A DNA stretch of 64,000 nt. It comes from Octopus sinensis (taxonomy: Eukaryota). The notes under the pieces were generated by a model, which was given only the letters and a program-made list of their open reading frames with translations, made no database searches and was not told where the DNA came from. The number at the start of each line of letters is the position of its first letter. Positions within the stretch are counted from its first letter, which is position 1. Shown piece by piece: positions 36,696 through 50,370 of the stretch. The stretch is from contig NC_043025.1 in NCBI RefSeq assembly GCF_006345805.1, forward strand, positions 14,756,001-14,820,000, read 5' to 3'. The translations under genes were made by a program, and so were the position numbers.

Positions 36696-37025
36696 TTAAT
36701 AAAGCACATGCCTTGCCACAGTCTGAGAGTCCATTAACAATAAATTTTCTTTGCCTGGACAACTAATGCTGTTGTTGCTCTGAGCAAAAGAATCACAGAG
36801 AGATCTTCTGGAAATACTCCGGCGACTGCATTTGGGATTTGGCAATGGTGCATCGTAGTTAATCCATACTGAGCCATAATTCTGGGGCAAAGCATCACTT
36901 GGAGATTGATTCCCACTGCTGTCTGATAGCTGAAGGCTTCTCAGAGATCCCCGACGGGACTTTGTGCTGCTCCTTCTATTTGGGTTTGAACCATCCATCT
37001 TGACAGCGGACAATTTCTGGGTTCT
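36696..37025 (-). other. Orphan ~100-codon Ser/Arg-rich open frame (gene fragment or pseudogene?)
   Basis: Non-repetitive, higher-GC stretch; MDGSNPNRRSSTKSRRGSLRS...ARHVLY*. No clear splice sites or recognisable domain. Confidence 0.25.
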
Positions 37026-37048
37026 TGAGTTGAACTCAAAGTTTAAAT

Positions 37049-37104
<56 letters not shown>

Positions 37105-37110
37105 TACATT

Positions 37111-37221
<111 letters not shown>

Positions 37222-37234
37222 CATACATACATCT

Positions 37235-37584
37235 ATATATATATACATCCCCTGCCCAATTCAAGATCACAGCATTATGTACACTGCAACATAATTTCTT
37301 TTCCTCAACAGGCCCTGCCCTATTTAACATTGTCCCGAAAGAGATCAAAGAGGAAAAGGATCCCATCAACTTTAAACGAATTCTGGATAGATTCCTTCAA
37401 GGAATACCAGATAAGCCACCCATAATTGCATACAACTCACCCAACAAAAACTCACTACTTGAATGGACCATAAACAAAACTTGACTTAAACAGGATTTAG
37501 ATAATCCTATCAGGTGGTGCTATTAAGTTAGACATGGCCTGGACCAATCTTTGGCCAAAACATATCTAAGTTTATCTAAGTTTA

Positions 37585-37590
<6 letters not shown>
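37235..37590 (+). mobile_element. CR1/L2-group LINE 3' end
   Basis: [53 protein letters not shown], followed by a (TTTATCTAAG)n tail. Confidence 0.7.
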
Positions 37591-37638
<48 letters not shown>

Positions 37639-37643
<5 letters not shown>

Positions 37644-39184
37644 TATTATAAATGGCAGATTTTATCTGCCTCCCTTTGGGAGTTATACAAATCTACAATA
37701 TAGGATTTCTTCAATTACAATTTACCTAGCAGTTTTAAGAGTACAATGCATCGCGTCATGCCAGGTCCAGTTTTTAAAATTTAAACTCCAATTAAGCAAA
37801 ATTTACAGAAAACTCACATTCTGGTGTGTGTGTCAAATGCTTTTCTTAGTCTGGTTTACACCACACGCAAACGCACACACACAGTGGGCAACGAATAAAA
37901 CGAAAGTAATTCACTTACTGTAGTGAGTGATTCTTTCACTCTGCCTCCCACTTCCCCTTTCCACACATACACACGCAAATATATAAATAAAATTGTAAGC
38001 TAACGTGCGTGTGTGTGAGTGTGTGTGTGTGTGTGTGTGCGCGTGTGTGTGTGTGTGAGGGTGAACATAAGACCAAAGCAGAGAATGTATTCTTTTATTC
38101 TTCTGCTTTTTCCAGCCATTGGTCTGTGGCCATGCTGGGGCAATGCCTTGAAGAATTGTAGTTTAATGAATCAACTCCAGTTTTATTTTTGTAAGCATTG
38201 TACTTATTCTATCTGTTTCCTTTGTCAAACCACTAGGTGACAGGGATGTAAACAAACCAACATTCGTTGTCAAGCAGTGGTGGAGGACAATCACAAGCAC
38301 AGACACGCACACACACACACATACATGCATACACATATACACACATACATACATACATACATATATATATTGCAGCGTGGAAGGTGTTTGTAAGCCATTT
38401 AAGAACACACAAAAACCGTTACATTCACTTCAACATTTAAATTTAATTTGCCAAAATATTTTCGTCGCTTTGAGACCGCGACCTGTTCACTGACAAAAAT
38501 ATCGTGCTAACAGGTCGCGGTCTCAAAGCGACGAAAATATTTTGACAAATTAAATTTAAATGTTGAAGTGAATCTAACGGTTTTTGTGTGTTTCTTAAAT
38601 GGCTTATAAACACCTTCAACGCTGCAACTGTTTTCGTTCCAGCACACGATCTCAGATCAAGTCACTTGCTATGCAAGTACATCTCTGTAACTATATATAT
38701 ATTTATATATATATATATATGTATATTGGTAAAAACAGTAAGATAACAAAAGAAAGAAAGAGACCTCAATATTATGTAAATAGAGGAAATCTTTATATAT
38801 AAAAGTGAGGTTGTGTGTCTGTCTCCTACGATTTAGATTCCTAACTACTCCCACATTTTGCGGTGCAGTTTAACCAAAACCGGGTATCTTATAGTCGTGA
38901 TTCATATCGAGACCGTCTGGGTATTAGCGCGCGTCTACGATGAGTCTACGATTTTAAAAAAAATTTACCATCAATTTTTCCCATTTTTAATCCATTTTTG
39001 ACATATATAAGGGAAGTAACTCTCTAAAATTTATTATTAAATCTCAGAACGTAAAAAGCTACAGTAACACCCCTCCCCCTTTGTGGTTAGCCATATTGAG
39101 ATGGCTATTATACTTTACATCTCTAAAAATGCTTATATAATTATTTCCCTTACAAACCCGAGCAACGCCGGGCGATACTGCTAG
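37639..39184 (+). mobile_element. Composite non-autonomous Helitron, copy 2 (1546 bp)
   Basis: A|TC at 37638/37639 and CTAG|T at 39184/39185; inverted near-identical copy of 34057-35990 lacking ~385 bp; inner Helitron at 38790-39184. Confidence 0.75.
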
Positions 39185-39218
<34 letters not shown>

Positions 39219-39909
39219 TATATATATATAGATATGTGCAGGTGTATACATATATGAACATAATATATATTATACAAATGTATGTATGCCTGTATATATG
39301 TGAGATAATGGTTTCACTTTAATAGTTTCACTTTAATAGTTTCAGTATTAAAGTGAAAGTATCTGACATAAAATAGAGAGATGTTTTTGTTTCACTTTTA
39401 ACACGTAATACTGAAATAGTGGAGAAGATATGATATGGCTATGGGCTTGCATTAGGCATGAGGTTGAAAATGTTTTTGGCCCATGACACTACCTGGAGCC
39501 TAAGTAAAGCATGTAAAAAGCACCCACTACACTCTCGGAGTGGTTGGCATTAGGAAGGACATCCAGCTGTAGAAACTCTGCCAGATCAAGATTGGAGCCT
39601 GGTGGAGCCATCTGGTTCGCCAGCCCTCAGTCAAACCTGTCCAACCCATGCTAGCATGGAAAGCGGACGTTAAATGATGATGATGATTTATACCTGTGTG
39701 TATTGAGAACAGTCTATATATATTTTGAGAATGTGTGTGTGTGATAAAATATCTTCGTTTACGAGCCATATATCTTGTGTCGAGGTGAATAGACATGGGA
39801 GATTGCGTGTGGAGCTGCAGAGAAGATATGTGCCTTTGACTGAAGCCTAGCAGGAATTGAGAGTTTCTACATTGTAGCTCAGAACGAGGCTAGTGTATCA
39901 AAGTGAGGC

Positions 39910-40247
39910 TCTCTCTCTTTTACTCTTTTACTTGTTTCAGTCATTTGACTGCGGCCATGCTGGAGCACCACCTTTAATCGAGCAACTCGACCCTGGGACT
40001 TATTCTTTTGTAAGCCCAGTACTTATTCTATCGGTGTCTTTTGCCGAACCGCTAAGTAACTGGGACATAAACACACCAGCATCGGTTGTCAAGCAATGCT
40101 AGGGGGACAAACACAGACACACAAACATACACACGCATATATATATATACATATATATGACGGGCTTCTTTCAGTTTCCGTCTACCAAATCCACTCACAA
40201 GGCTTTGGTTGGCACAGGGCTATAGTAGAAGACACTTGCCCAAGGTA
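39910..40247 (-). mobile_element. SINE family A copy, 5'-truncated
   Basis: Reverse complement of the body and tail of 8989-9390. Confidence 0.8.
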
Positions 40248-40534
40248 TGTCTCATTGATATATTCTTCTGCTGTGCAGGTCGACTCACATATTACTATGT
40301 AATATACATAGCTCTGCTACAAGTTTAGTCTTTTATGGTGGCAGAGCTTGTTTACTGTTTGTTTATAAACTTTCTTCAAGTTCTGTTCTAGATCTATGCA
40401 AAAGTGGGGCCATTATAGAAGGTGGTGTGTATATATTAATGTATAAAAATGGGAATGGAAGCAAAACTTGATTAAAAAAAAAAGATGATGTTGATAAAAA
40501 GTGGAGTAAAGCAAACCCACTGGACAGCCTATAG

Positions 40535-41105
40535 AGGGACCTTTTTTAGTGTGGTAGGGACTTGTGTGGGACCCTTTTTTAGAGAGGTAGGGACTTGTGT
40601 GGGACCTCTTTTTAGAGTGGTAGGGACTTGTGTGGAACCTTTTTTTAGAGAGGTAGGGACTTGTGTGGGACCTTTTTTTAGAGTGATAGGGACTTGTGTG
40701 GGACCTTTTTTTATAGTGGTAGGGACTTGTGTGGGACCTTTTTTTTAGAGTGGTAGGGACTTGTGTGGGACCTTTCTTTTAGAGTGGTAGGGACTTGTGT
40801 GGGATCCTTTTTTAGAGTGGTAGGGACTTGTGTGGGACCTTTTTTTAGAATGGTAGGGACTTGTGTGGGACCTTTTTTTAGAGTGGTAGGGACTTGTGTG
40901 GGACCTTTTTTTTAGAATGGTAGGGACTTGTGTGGGACCTTTTTTAGAGTGGTAGGGACTTGTGTGGGACCTTTTTTTAGAGTGGTAGGGACTTGTGTGG
41001 GACTTTTTTTTTTAGAGTGGTAGGGACTTGTGTGGGACCTTTTTTTAGAGTGGTAGGGACTTGTGTGGGACCTTTTTTTAGAGTGGTAGGGACTTGTGTG
41101 GGACC
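40535..41105 (+). repeat. Minisatellite, ~17 units of agagtggtagggacttgtgtgggacc+T(5-10)
   Basis: Direct reading. Confidence 0.95.
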
Positions 41106-41584
41106 TTTCTCACTTGTTTGTTCTGCTGATAATAATAGTTGGTGTACGCCAAAGAGACTGATGCAAAGCTGATTTCAATGGGATGCCCATTGGCTCCCAT
41201 CAGTTCCTCCATCTTTTAACAAGTCCTGTCTGTCAGGTCACTCTCAAGTGTTATTGGTAAGGTGTAACTCGGTACAACTTGTCACATGGTTGGTGAGGAA
41301 GTGTTTTATTGGCCATCCTGCAGGAAATATATATATATTGTTATATTTCAGGGCAATTATCTTTTTTTTTTTGCCAAATAAAACACACACACATTATAAA
41401 TTCATTCTTCATTTCAGCTTTATTATTATTCTGATTTTTGTATCCTTTGTCTGAAATCTTTTGTCACCCCTCCTGTGACCTCTTCGGTGACTCTCCATCC
41501 CATGTGTCTCCTCTTGTTCTGTTTAGTCCATTCTATCTTTCTACACAAATATGAGACATACACAACACACACATATATATATAC

Positions 41585-42479
41585 ACAGGGCATGATAGGT
41601 AAATTGTTGACATTTATATTTTTAATGTTCGTGCATGTACATAATTTGTTTTTGATTTTATTGACTATACAGTATAATAGGGTCAGTTGGGCACTGTCTG
41701 TGAGAAAAACAACACCATGATGCAATTCACTCTGCCAGAAATTTGGAAATGACATAATAACAACAACAACAGCAACATGCTGTACTGCTTGGCATTCATA
41801 CCAGAAGCTCCAGTATGACCATTTCAGAGTGTTTGGACGTCAATCTGAGGACATGTGCCTAGAGTGACAAAAATGAAACATCCAGTCAACATCATGGTGT
41901 TTGGAGTGACCACTAGTGATGTCGATGTTATGCCTCCATTCATCTTTCCATATGGCCTCAGACTCAACACGGAGGCCTACATCAAGTACCTGGAGGAGGT
42001 AGTGCTGTCCTGGGTGAAGAAGGTGACTGCTGGAGACCCTATATCTGGCAATAGAACTCTGCACCATGTCACACAAGCAGGAGAACCCAGTCATGGCTGT
42101 CAGACAATTTCTGCACCCACATCACCCCTAACATCTGGCCACCTAACTCCCCAGACTGCAAATCCCTTGATTATTATGTATGGGGCACAGTTGAACAAGA
42201 GACTAACAAGACTTCTAGTAACACCAAGGATGATCTGAAGGCAAGGATTATGGCAGCATTCACCAACTTAAGCAAGGAGACCATCCACAAGAGTTGCAGG
42301 AGATTCCGAAGTCGTCTGGAGGCCATGGTTGAAGCCAATGGCGATTTTATTGAATAAATTTATTCTAAGGTATTTCAAGATGTTTTTTTATGTAATTTTG
42401 GCAAATATATCTGTTAAAATGAGGTGTCAGTGTTATTTTCTTTTTTGCATAATTTAGACAATTTATTCATTGCACCCTG
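41585..42479 (+). mobile_element. Tc1/mariner maT (DD37D)-type element, internally deleted, with degenerate TIRs
   Basis: KHPVNIMVFGVTTSDVDVMPPFIFPYGLRLNTEAYIKYLEEVV..WPPNSPDCKSLDYYVWG..RFRSRLEAMVEANGDFIE*; TIRs cagggc..taaattgt / acaattta..caccctg. Confidence 0.8.
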
Positions 42480-42778
42480 GGTACACACACACACATATGG
42501 GTAAGTACTGAAAAGTTCCTGGCTCTGGTGGATCAGTAAATTATAATTTTATTCAACATATTCCCCTCTCAGATTCACACACTGATTGTAGCCATCCTTC
42601 AGTTTTTCTAAGCCCTTTGAAAGAATTTGGAAGGTTGGGCCTCCAACAAAACCTTCGGGTTCAGTCCCACTCCATGGCACCTTGGGCAAGTGTCTTCTAC
42701 TATAGCCTCAGGCTGACCAAAGCCTTGTGAGTGGATTTGGTAGACGGAAACTGAAAGAACCCCGTCATATATATATAT

Positions 42779-42944
42779 AGGCACAGGAGTGGCTGTGTGG
42801 TAAGTAGATTGCTTACCAACCACATGGTTCCGGGTTCAGTCCCACTGCATGGCACTTTGAGCAAGTGTCTTCTACTATAGCCTCGGGCCGACCAATGCCT
42901 TGTGAGTGGATTTGGTAGATGGAAACTGAAAGAAGCCTGTTATA

Positions 42945-42984
<40 letters not shown>

Positions 42985-43198
42985 TGTGTTTGTGTGTCTG
43001 TTTGTCCTCCCAACATTGCTTGACAACCGATGCTGGTATGTTCATGTCCTCGTAACTTAGCGGTTCGGCAAAAGAGACCGATAGAATAAGTACTGGGCTT
43101 ACAAAGAATAAGTCCTGAGGTCGATTTGCTTGACTAAAGGCGGTGCTCCAGCATGGCCGCAGTCAAATGACTGAAACAAGTAAAAGAGTAAAAGAGTA
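42779..43198 (+). mobile_element. SINE family A copy, preceded by a partial copy at ~42655-42775
   Basis: Collinear with 8989-9390. Confidence 0.85.
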
Positions 43199-43236
43199 AT
43201 ACGCTTAAAGCCAGGAACTTCTCAGCACCTCCTTGC

Positions 43237-45415
43237 ATCAGGTTGGTGCAAAAGTAATGTTCGATTTAAAGATCTCAGGTAAAAATGAATAAGCCAACGG
43301 CTATGGAAATATTTATTCATTAACATACACTCCTTTGCTTTCAGTGACCCCCATTCCATCTTTCAACAACCTTATAAATGCCTCACTTATAAAAATTCTG
43401 TAGGTTCAGAACCAAAATATGAATCCAACTACTTTCAATCTCTTCTCTTATTGTTAACCTAAGTCCTTCAAAATGGTTCTGTAGTCCTCGGAACAAATGG
43501 TAATCAAAAGGAGCACAGTTGGGAGAATATGGAAGATGAGGCAGTATTTTCTAACCAAGTTCTTCCAGTCGAGCTGTGCAGGGACGAGCATAATTGTGAT
43601 GGGAGATGACATCCGTTCTGATGACCAAGGATGCTCGCTTTTGGCTCAGAACTGTTTTCAAACAACGAAGTTACTCACAGTAAAGATTAGCATTAATTGT
43701 TTGGTTGTTGTCCAACAGTTCATAAAGGATCACTCCTTTAATATCCCACCATACACTCAACATGATCTTCTTTGGATGAACTCCTCTTCGACTGATCCAA
43801 GAACGGCGGTATTTAACATTATGGCAAAGAATCCACTTCTCATCACCTGTAACGAGTGGTAGGGACTTGTGTGGGACCTTTTTTTAGAGTGGTAGGGACT
43901 TGTGTGGGACCTTTTTTTAGAGTGGTAGGGACTTGTGTGGGACCTTTTTTTATAGTGGTAGGGACTTGTGTGGGACCTTTTTTTATAGTGGTAGGGACTT
44001 GTGTGGGACCTTTTTTTTAGAGTGGTAGGGACTTGTGTGGGACCTTTTTTTTAGAGTGGTAGGGACTTGTGTGGGACCTTTTTTTAGAGTGGTAGGGACT
44101 TGTGTGGGACCTTTTTTTTAGAGTGGTAGAGACTTGTGTGGGACCTTTTTTTATAGTGGTAGGGACTTGTGTGGGACCTTTTTTTATAGTGGTAGGGACT
44201 TGTGTGGGACCTTTTTTTATAGTGGTAGGGACTTGTGTGGGACCTTTTTTTTTAGAGTGGTAGGGACTTGTGTGGGACCTTTTTTTAGAGTGGTAGGGAC
44301 TTGTGTGGGACCTTTTTTTAGAGTGGTAGGGACTTGTGTGGGACCTTTTTTTAGAGTGGTAGAGACTTGTGTGGGACCTTTTTTATAGTGGTAGGGACTT
44401 GTGTGGGACCTTTTTTTATAGTGGTAGGGACTTGTGTGGGACCTTTTTTTTAGAGTGGTAGGGACTTGTGTGGGACCTTTTTTTTTAGAGTGGTAGGGAC
44501 TTGTGTGGGACCTTTTTTTAGAGTGGTAGGGACTTGTGTGGGACCTTTTTTTAGAGTGGTAGGGACTTGTGTGGGACCTTTTTTTTTTTAGAGTGGTAGG
44601 GACTTGTGTGGGACCTTTTTTTAGAGTGGTAGGGACTTGTGTGGGACCTTTTTTTAGAGTGGTAGGGACTTGTGTGAGACCTTTCTCACTTGTTTGCTCT
44701 GCTGACAGCAATAGCTGGTGTACGCCAAAGAGACTGAGTGTCTAAAAATGTTGCTTGAAAGTATCTGTAAAAGTAATTATTGATAACGAGCAGCATGCTG
44801 TTGTCATTTCTCTGGAGACAGTTCATGAGGAACCCATTTCCAGCCACTGAAACCTTTCCAATGTGTTTTAACTAGCATACCATGGTTGTATGGGCCACAT
44901 TTAACTGTTCTGCAAGTTCCCTAGTGGTAATGGTAACAAGAGCTTCCAGCATTTTGGAATCAAGTTTTTTTTGGACGACCCTCTTTTGCCTCTTCTTTCA
45001 AAGTGAAATCACCACTTTGGAAACGGGAAAACCCCCTCCTGCAACTGCTTTCATTCCCTACATCATCCCCATAACTACTCTGAATAGATCTTGCTGCCAC
45101 ATTTGCATTAACACTTTCTACTATCTAATCTTTTCTACTATAGGCACAAGGCCTGTAATTTTGAGGGAGGGGACCAGTCAATTACATCGACCCCACTGCA
45201 TAACTGGTACTTAAATTATTTCTTATGTGATCTTTAGACAGGACAAACATGGTGGTAAAATTTTCTGAGAATTATAGCCAGAAGTTAGATAATCTGAAAG
45301 AAAATAGTACAAAATAGACACAGAGGCTAATTATAAGAAGAGGTTAGAAAATTGATAAATTTGCTCTGAAACATTTTTTCTAGAAATCGAACATTACTTT
45401 GGCACCGACCTGATA
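43237..45415 (-). mobile_element. Decayed mariner (Hsmar1-like TIRs) interrupted by a minisatellite block and a SINE fragment
   Basis: TIRs atcaggttggtgcaaaagtaatgt (43237) and acattactttggcaccgacctgata (45415). Minus strand reads RFQSGDF..GRPKK..TTRELAEQLNV..WVPHEL, [insert], LVTGDEKWI..PHLPYSPNCAPFDYHLF. Confidence 0.88.
43854..44682 (+). repeat. Second array of the same minisatellite (~25 units), inside a mariner
   Basis: Direct reading; followed by the same ~58-bp flank as the first array. Confidence 0.95.
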
Positions 45416-45591
45416 CATACATTTGGCACTGTGCCAGTAAAGTCACCACATGGTTCTGAACCAACAGTAATTGAAGGAATCAGTAACATACTGATTCCAT
45501 ATTTTAGCACAAAACAAGCAATTTTAGGGGAGTGCTAAATTGATTATGTCAACCCCAGACTTCAACTGACACTTATTTTATTGGACCTTAA

Positions 45592-45811
45592 CCCTTTCAT
45601 TACTGTATTTATTTTGAGATGCTCTGTGTTTCTTTCAATTATTTTAAATATAAAAAAGAATTTAATAAATTAACTTCGTTATCATTAAGCTAGTTTTAGG
45701 AACATAAATTGTGACTAAGGTTTAGTGGAAGATTTGAATTCAAAACTTAAGAAAACAAAACATCTGTACTCAGAGCCAGAGCCGGCTTCAGCCAGGTTGG
45801 TATCAAAAGGG
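45592..45811. mobile_element. piggyBac-type MITE
   Basis: TTAA|CCCTTTCATTAC...TATCAAAAGGG|TTAA. Confidence 0.85.
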
Positions 45812-45842
45812 TTAAGAATTATTTCTCTATTATATATCTTAA

Positions 45843-46064
45843 CCCTTTCGTTACTGTATTTATTTTGAGATGCTCTGTGTTTCTTTCAATTGATTTTAAA
45901 TATAACAAAGAATTTAGTAAAATAACTTAGTTATCATTAAGCTAGGGTTAGGAACATAAATTGTGACTAAGGTTTGGTGGTATATTTTAATGAAAAACTT
46001 ATGAAAACAAGACATTTATACTAAAGGGCCAGAGCCGGTTTCAGCCAGGTTGGTAATGAAAGGG
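45843..46064. mobile_element. piggyBac-type MITE, second copy
   Basis: TTAA|CCCTTTCGTTAC...GTAATGAAAGGG|TTAA. Confidence 0.85.
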
Positions 46065-46664
46065 TTAAAGAATGAAAAGCAAAGTTGACCACTGCAAAAT
46101 TTGAACCAAGAACATAAAAACAGACACAATGCCGAGAAGGATTGTGTCCAGCGTGCGAACGATTTTGGTAGCTTGCTGCCTTCTCTGTAACATAATGCAA
46201 TGAAGTGTCCTCTGAAGGTCTGTTGTGGCCCCAATTGCACCAGGAACATCCAGTGCCGAGTTCCCAATGACCTTAATGGGGAAAGACAAAAGTGGTGTTT
46301 ATCATAATTTCTCCTCTGTGTGTGTGTGTGTGTGATGGGTGGGTGTGTGCGTGTGTGATGGGTTTTGCATAGTTTCCACCTGCTGTTGTCTCCACTGGAC
46401 AACCTGGAACTGTGAATAGATGATGCTGGACACAGACATTGAACCCACAACCATTTGGCTTCAAAAGGAACAACCATTTTCTGTTAGAAGAGCTTAATGT
46501 TTATTCACTCCAATAGTTTCAATTTTTACAAACTTTACAGAAAACATATTTTACAAAAAAAAAACCCAAAAAAACAAAGAAAAAAAAACAAGTGAAAATA
46601 TTTGAATAATAATAAGAATGATAATGATGATGATAATAATAATAATAATAATAATAATAATATG

Positions 46665-46705
<41 letters not shown>

Positions 46706-47778
46706 CCTGTTTACTATAGGCACAAAGCCTGAAATTTTGGAGGAGGAGGAGATAAGTCGATTTTATCGACCCCAGTGTGTAACTGGTACTTATTTCATCA
46801 AACCCCCAAAAGATGAAAGGCAAAGTTGATGGCAGCATTTCATCCAGTGTGTTAACCCTGATGTAATCTCCAGGGATACAGGCATCCAGCAACAGGACCT
46901 CCGTAATGCCATGATGGACCGTGAAGTCTGGCGTAGCATAGTAAATTCCATTGTCTCGACCACGGTTGAACAATGATGATGATGATGTGTTAACAATTCT
47001 GCTAGTTTTCAACTTTCATACTAATAATGATTTCAAGTTTATGCCACAAGGGCAGTGTGGGGGCGGGGATTAAATCAATTACATCGACCCCAAAATTTCA
47101 CTGGTACTTCATTTGTCGATCCTGAAAGGATGAAAGGCAAAGTTGACCTCGGTGGAATTTGAACTCAGAACACAGCAATGGGCAATATGCCCTGAAGAAT
47201 TTCACCTGGTGGGTGAACAATTCTGCAAGCTCACTACCAATAAAAGGAAGAAAATAATGATAATAATAGTGATAATGGTAATAATGACGGACTCTCCTGT
47301 CAAAGACAACTTTTGAATATTCAGCTTTCTGCTGACAGGTGAATGGTCTGCCACTCCTCAGGTATTGAAGTGAGATGAAGTGACTTGCTCAAGAACACTA
47401 TGCACTACCTGGTCTAGGAATTGAAATCACAATCTAGATTTTCTGATTCCGGCACAAGGCCAGCAATTTTGACCATTACCCTCCCCACCAGTATGAATCT
47501 GGTACTTTATTTTATTGACCTTAAAGGAATGAAAGGCAAAGTCAGTCTTGGTGGGATTTGAACTCAGTATGTAAAGAGCCAGAACAATAGCACAAGGTAT
47601 CTTTTGCGATGCTCTACTGATTCTGCTGATCCAAAAGGGGAAAAGAAAGGGACAAAAGTAAAGGAAAAACAACAACAAAAATATTGAAAATACAAACAAA
47701 ACAATAACAAAAAAACAAACAATAAAATTAGCAGAATATAGTGTATTGTGTATGTAAATTGCATGTGTATGTTTGTGT

Positions 47779-47839
<61 letters not shown>

Positions 47840-47924
47840 TTATTACGGAGTATAACTCCAAACTTACAGGGAAAAATTCAATTTGATATTAAATCAAATT
47901 TCACAATATAAATATATATATATA

Positions 47925-48575
47925 TATAAATTGGAGAAAAACCACTATTATGCAATTCAAACAATGATAGACATAAACCATATCGTCATCGTTGTCATCG
48001 TCATCATCATCATCATCACCGTTTAACGTCCGTTTTCCATGCTAGCATGGGTTGGACGGTTCAACTGGAGTCTGGGAAGCCAGGAGGCTGCATCAGGCTC
48101 CAGTCTGATCTGGCAGTGTTTCTACAGCTGGATGCCCTTCCTAACGCCAACCACTCCACGAGTGTAGTGGATGCTTTTTACGTGTCACCAGCACAGGGGC
48201 CAGAGGATACTGGCAACGGCCATGATCGGTTGGTGCTTTTTACATGCCACCGGCATGGAAGCCAGTCAAGGTGGCGCTGGCATCGACCACATACGGAAGG
48301 TGCTTTTTACGTGCCACCGGCACAGGTGCCAGGGAAGGCTAAAAGTAAAATATATCATAAAACATATATCTAGATCACAAAAAGTACATAATAATAACTA
48401 AACAGTATATAATAAGTAAAAAGACTATTATATACTGCTTCTTTACTATTATGTACTTTTTGTGATCTAGTTATTTGTTTTATAATATATTTTATTTTTT
48501 ATTATTTATTTATGATTTGGTTTATATCTATCATTGTTTGAATTGCATAATAGTGGCTTTTCTCTAAATTATTTA
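47925..48575. mobile_element. MITE with nested family-B insertion and an internal hairpin (48370-48469)
   Basis: ggagaaaaaccactattatgcaattcaaacaatgatagacataaacc / ggtttatatctatcattgtttgaattgcataatagtggcttttctc. Confidence 0.7.
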
Positions 48576-48584
48576 TATATATAT

Positions 48585-48617
<33 letters not shown>

Positions 48618-48778
48618 GTATGTATAGATATGTATATATATATATCTGTATTTATACATATATATATATATATGTATATAAATAAAAGGTTTTTAACATG
48701 AGAAGATGGAATGAACAAGCTTTATTCCAAATCACTACAATATAACCAGATAATATCAAATATATGTATACATGTATG

Positions 48779-48809
<31 letters not shown>

Positions 48810-48920
48810 TTATATATTTATATATATATATATATCTAAAATAGGATAAAATTTTTTGCAAAAAATTTTATCATTGGTCAGTATATTAAAAAATACCTTT
48901 AAAGGTTAAATTTATAAATT

Positions 48921-49204
48921 ACTTATAAAACAAGGGCAAAAGAAAAAAATTCTAATGCCAAATTTGCCGAAAATAGACAAATTGTCAATAACCATTATAA
49001 TGTATCACTATTAACATGCGTCTCGAAACTAGCCGACAGAAATATAAAAAAAATAACGGTAATAACGGAAGTTTTTTTAAAATTTCTATCGGCTAGTTTC
49101 GAGATGCATGTTAATAGTGATAAATTATAAAGGTTATTGACAATTTGTCTATTTTCGGCAAATTTGGCATTAGAATATTTTTCTTTTGCCCTTGTTTTAT
49201 AAGT
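48921..49204. mobile_element. Palindromic MITE (~120-bp arms)
   Basis: acttataaaacaagggcaaaag..ctagccga / tcggctag..ttttgcccttgttttataagt. Confidence 0.8.
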
Positions 49205-50338
49205 TATATATATATATATATGTATGTATGTACGTATGAATGTATGCATATATATATATATTATACTTTTACAACAAGAAGGGTGACCAAGATGTTGAAG
49301 TATCAGTCTAATACCCTCCATCAGACTATCTAACGGGCCAGGACTTCGAAGTCACTGTCAGCCTTTCCTTTGTAAAAGTCAATATGTACTCTACATAAGA
49401 AATTGAGTCCTTCTTCATAATTTTCTTGTTAAATTGTTCTTTTTGTAACTTGACATGAAAACAAACATTTCTTACATACACACTTCTATCTTTCTCTTGC
49501 TTTTAGGCTGCGGCCATGCTGGGGCACCACCTCGAAGGGTTTAGTCCAATGAGTTGACTCCAACAACTTGCATTTTTTTCTAAATTTGGCACTTATCCGA
49601 ACAGTCATGTTTGCTGAGCTGCTAAGTTATGGGGACACAAACGAACCAACTCTGGTTGTGAAGCATTGTTGGAGGAGAATCACAATCACAAAAAGTATGC
49701 ACACACACACACACAGACACTCAAATATATATATGTGGGTGGGTGTGTGTGTGTGTATATATATATATATATGCATATCATCATCATCGTTTAACGTCCG
49801 TTTTCCATGCTAGCACGGGTTGGACGGTTTGACCAGGGTCTGGGAAGCCAGGGGCTGCACCAGGCTCCAGTCTGATCTGGCAGTGTTTCTGCAGCTGGAT
49901 GCCCTTCCTAACGCCAACCAGTCCGAGAGTGTAGTGGATGCTTTTTACGTGCCACCGGCACAGGTGTCAGGTGAGTCTGGCATCAGCCACGATCGGTTGG
50001 TGCTTTTAACATGCCACCGGCACGGAAGCCAGTCAAAGCGGCGCTGGTATCGGCCACGTTCGGATGGAGCTTTTTATGTGCCACCGGCACTGGCATCAGT
50101 TGAGGCGGCGCTGGCATCAGGCACGTTGTATATGTATATATATATATATATATATGATGGGTGTCTTTCAGTTTCTGTCTACCAAATCTGCTTACAAATA
50201 TCTGGTTGATCTAAGGCTACAGTAGAAGACATTTGACCATGTGCTTGGGAAGCAAACAACTTACCACACAGCCATGTGCATGTGTGTACATAAATACAAT
50301 TGTGTGTGTGTGTGGGGGGGGAGAAATATTTGAGAGAG

Positions 50339-50370
<32 letters not shown>

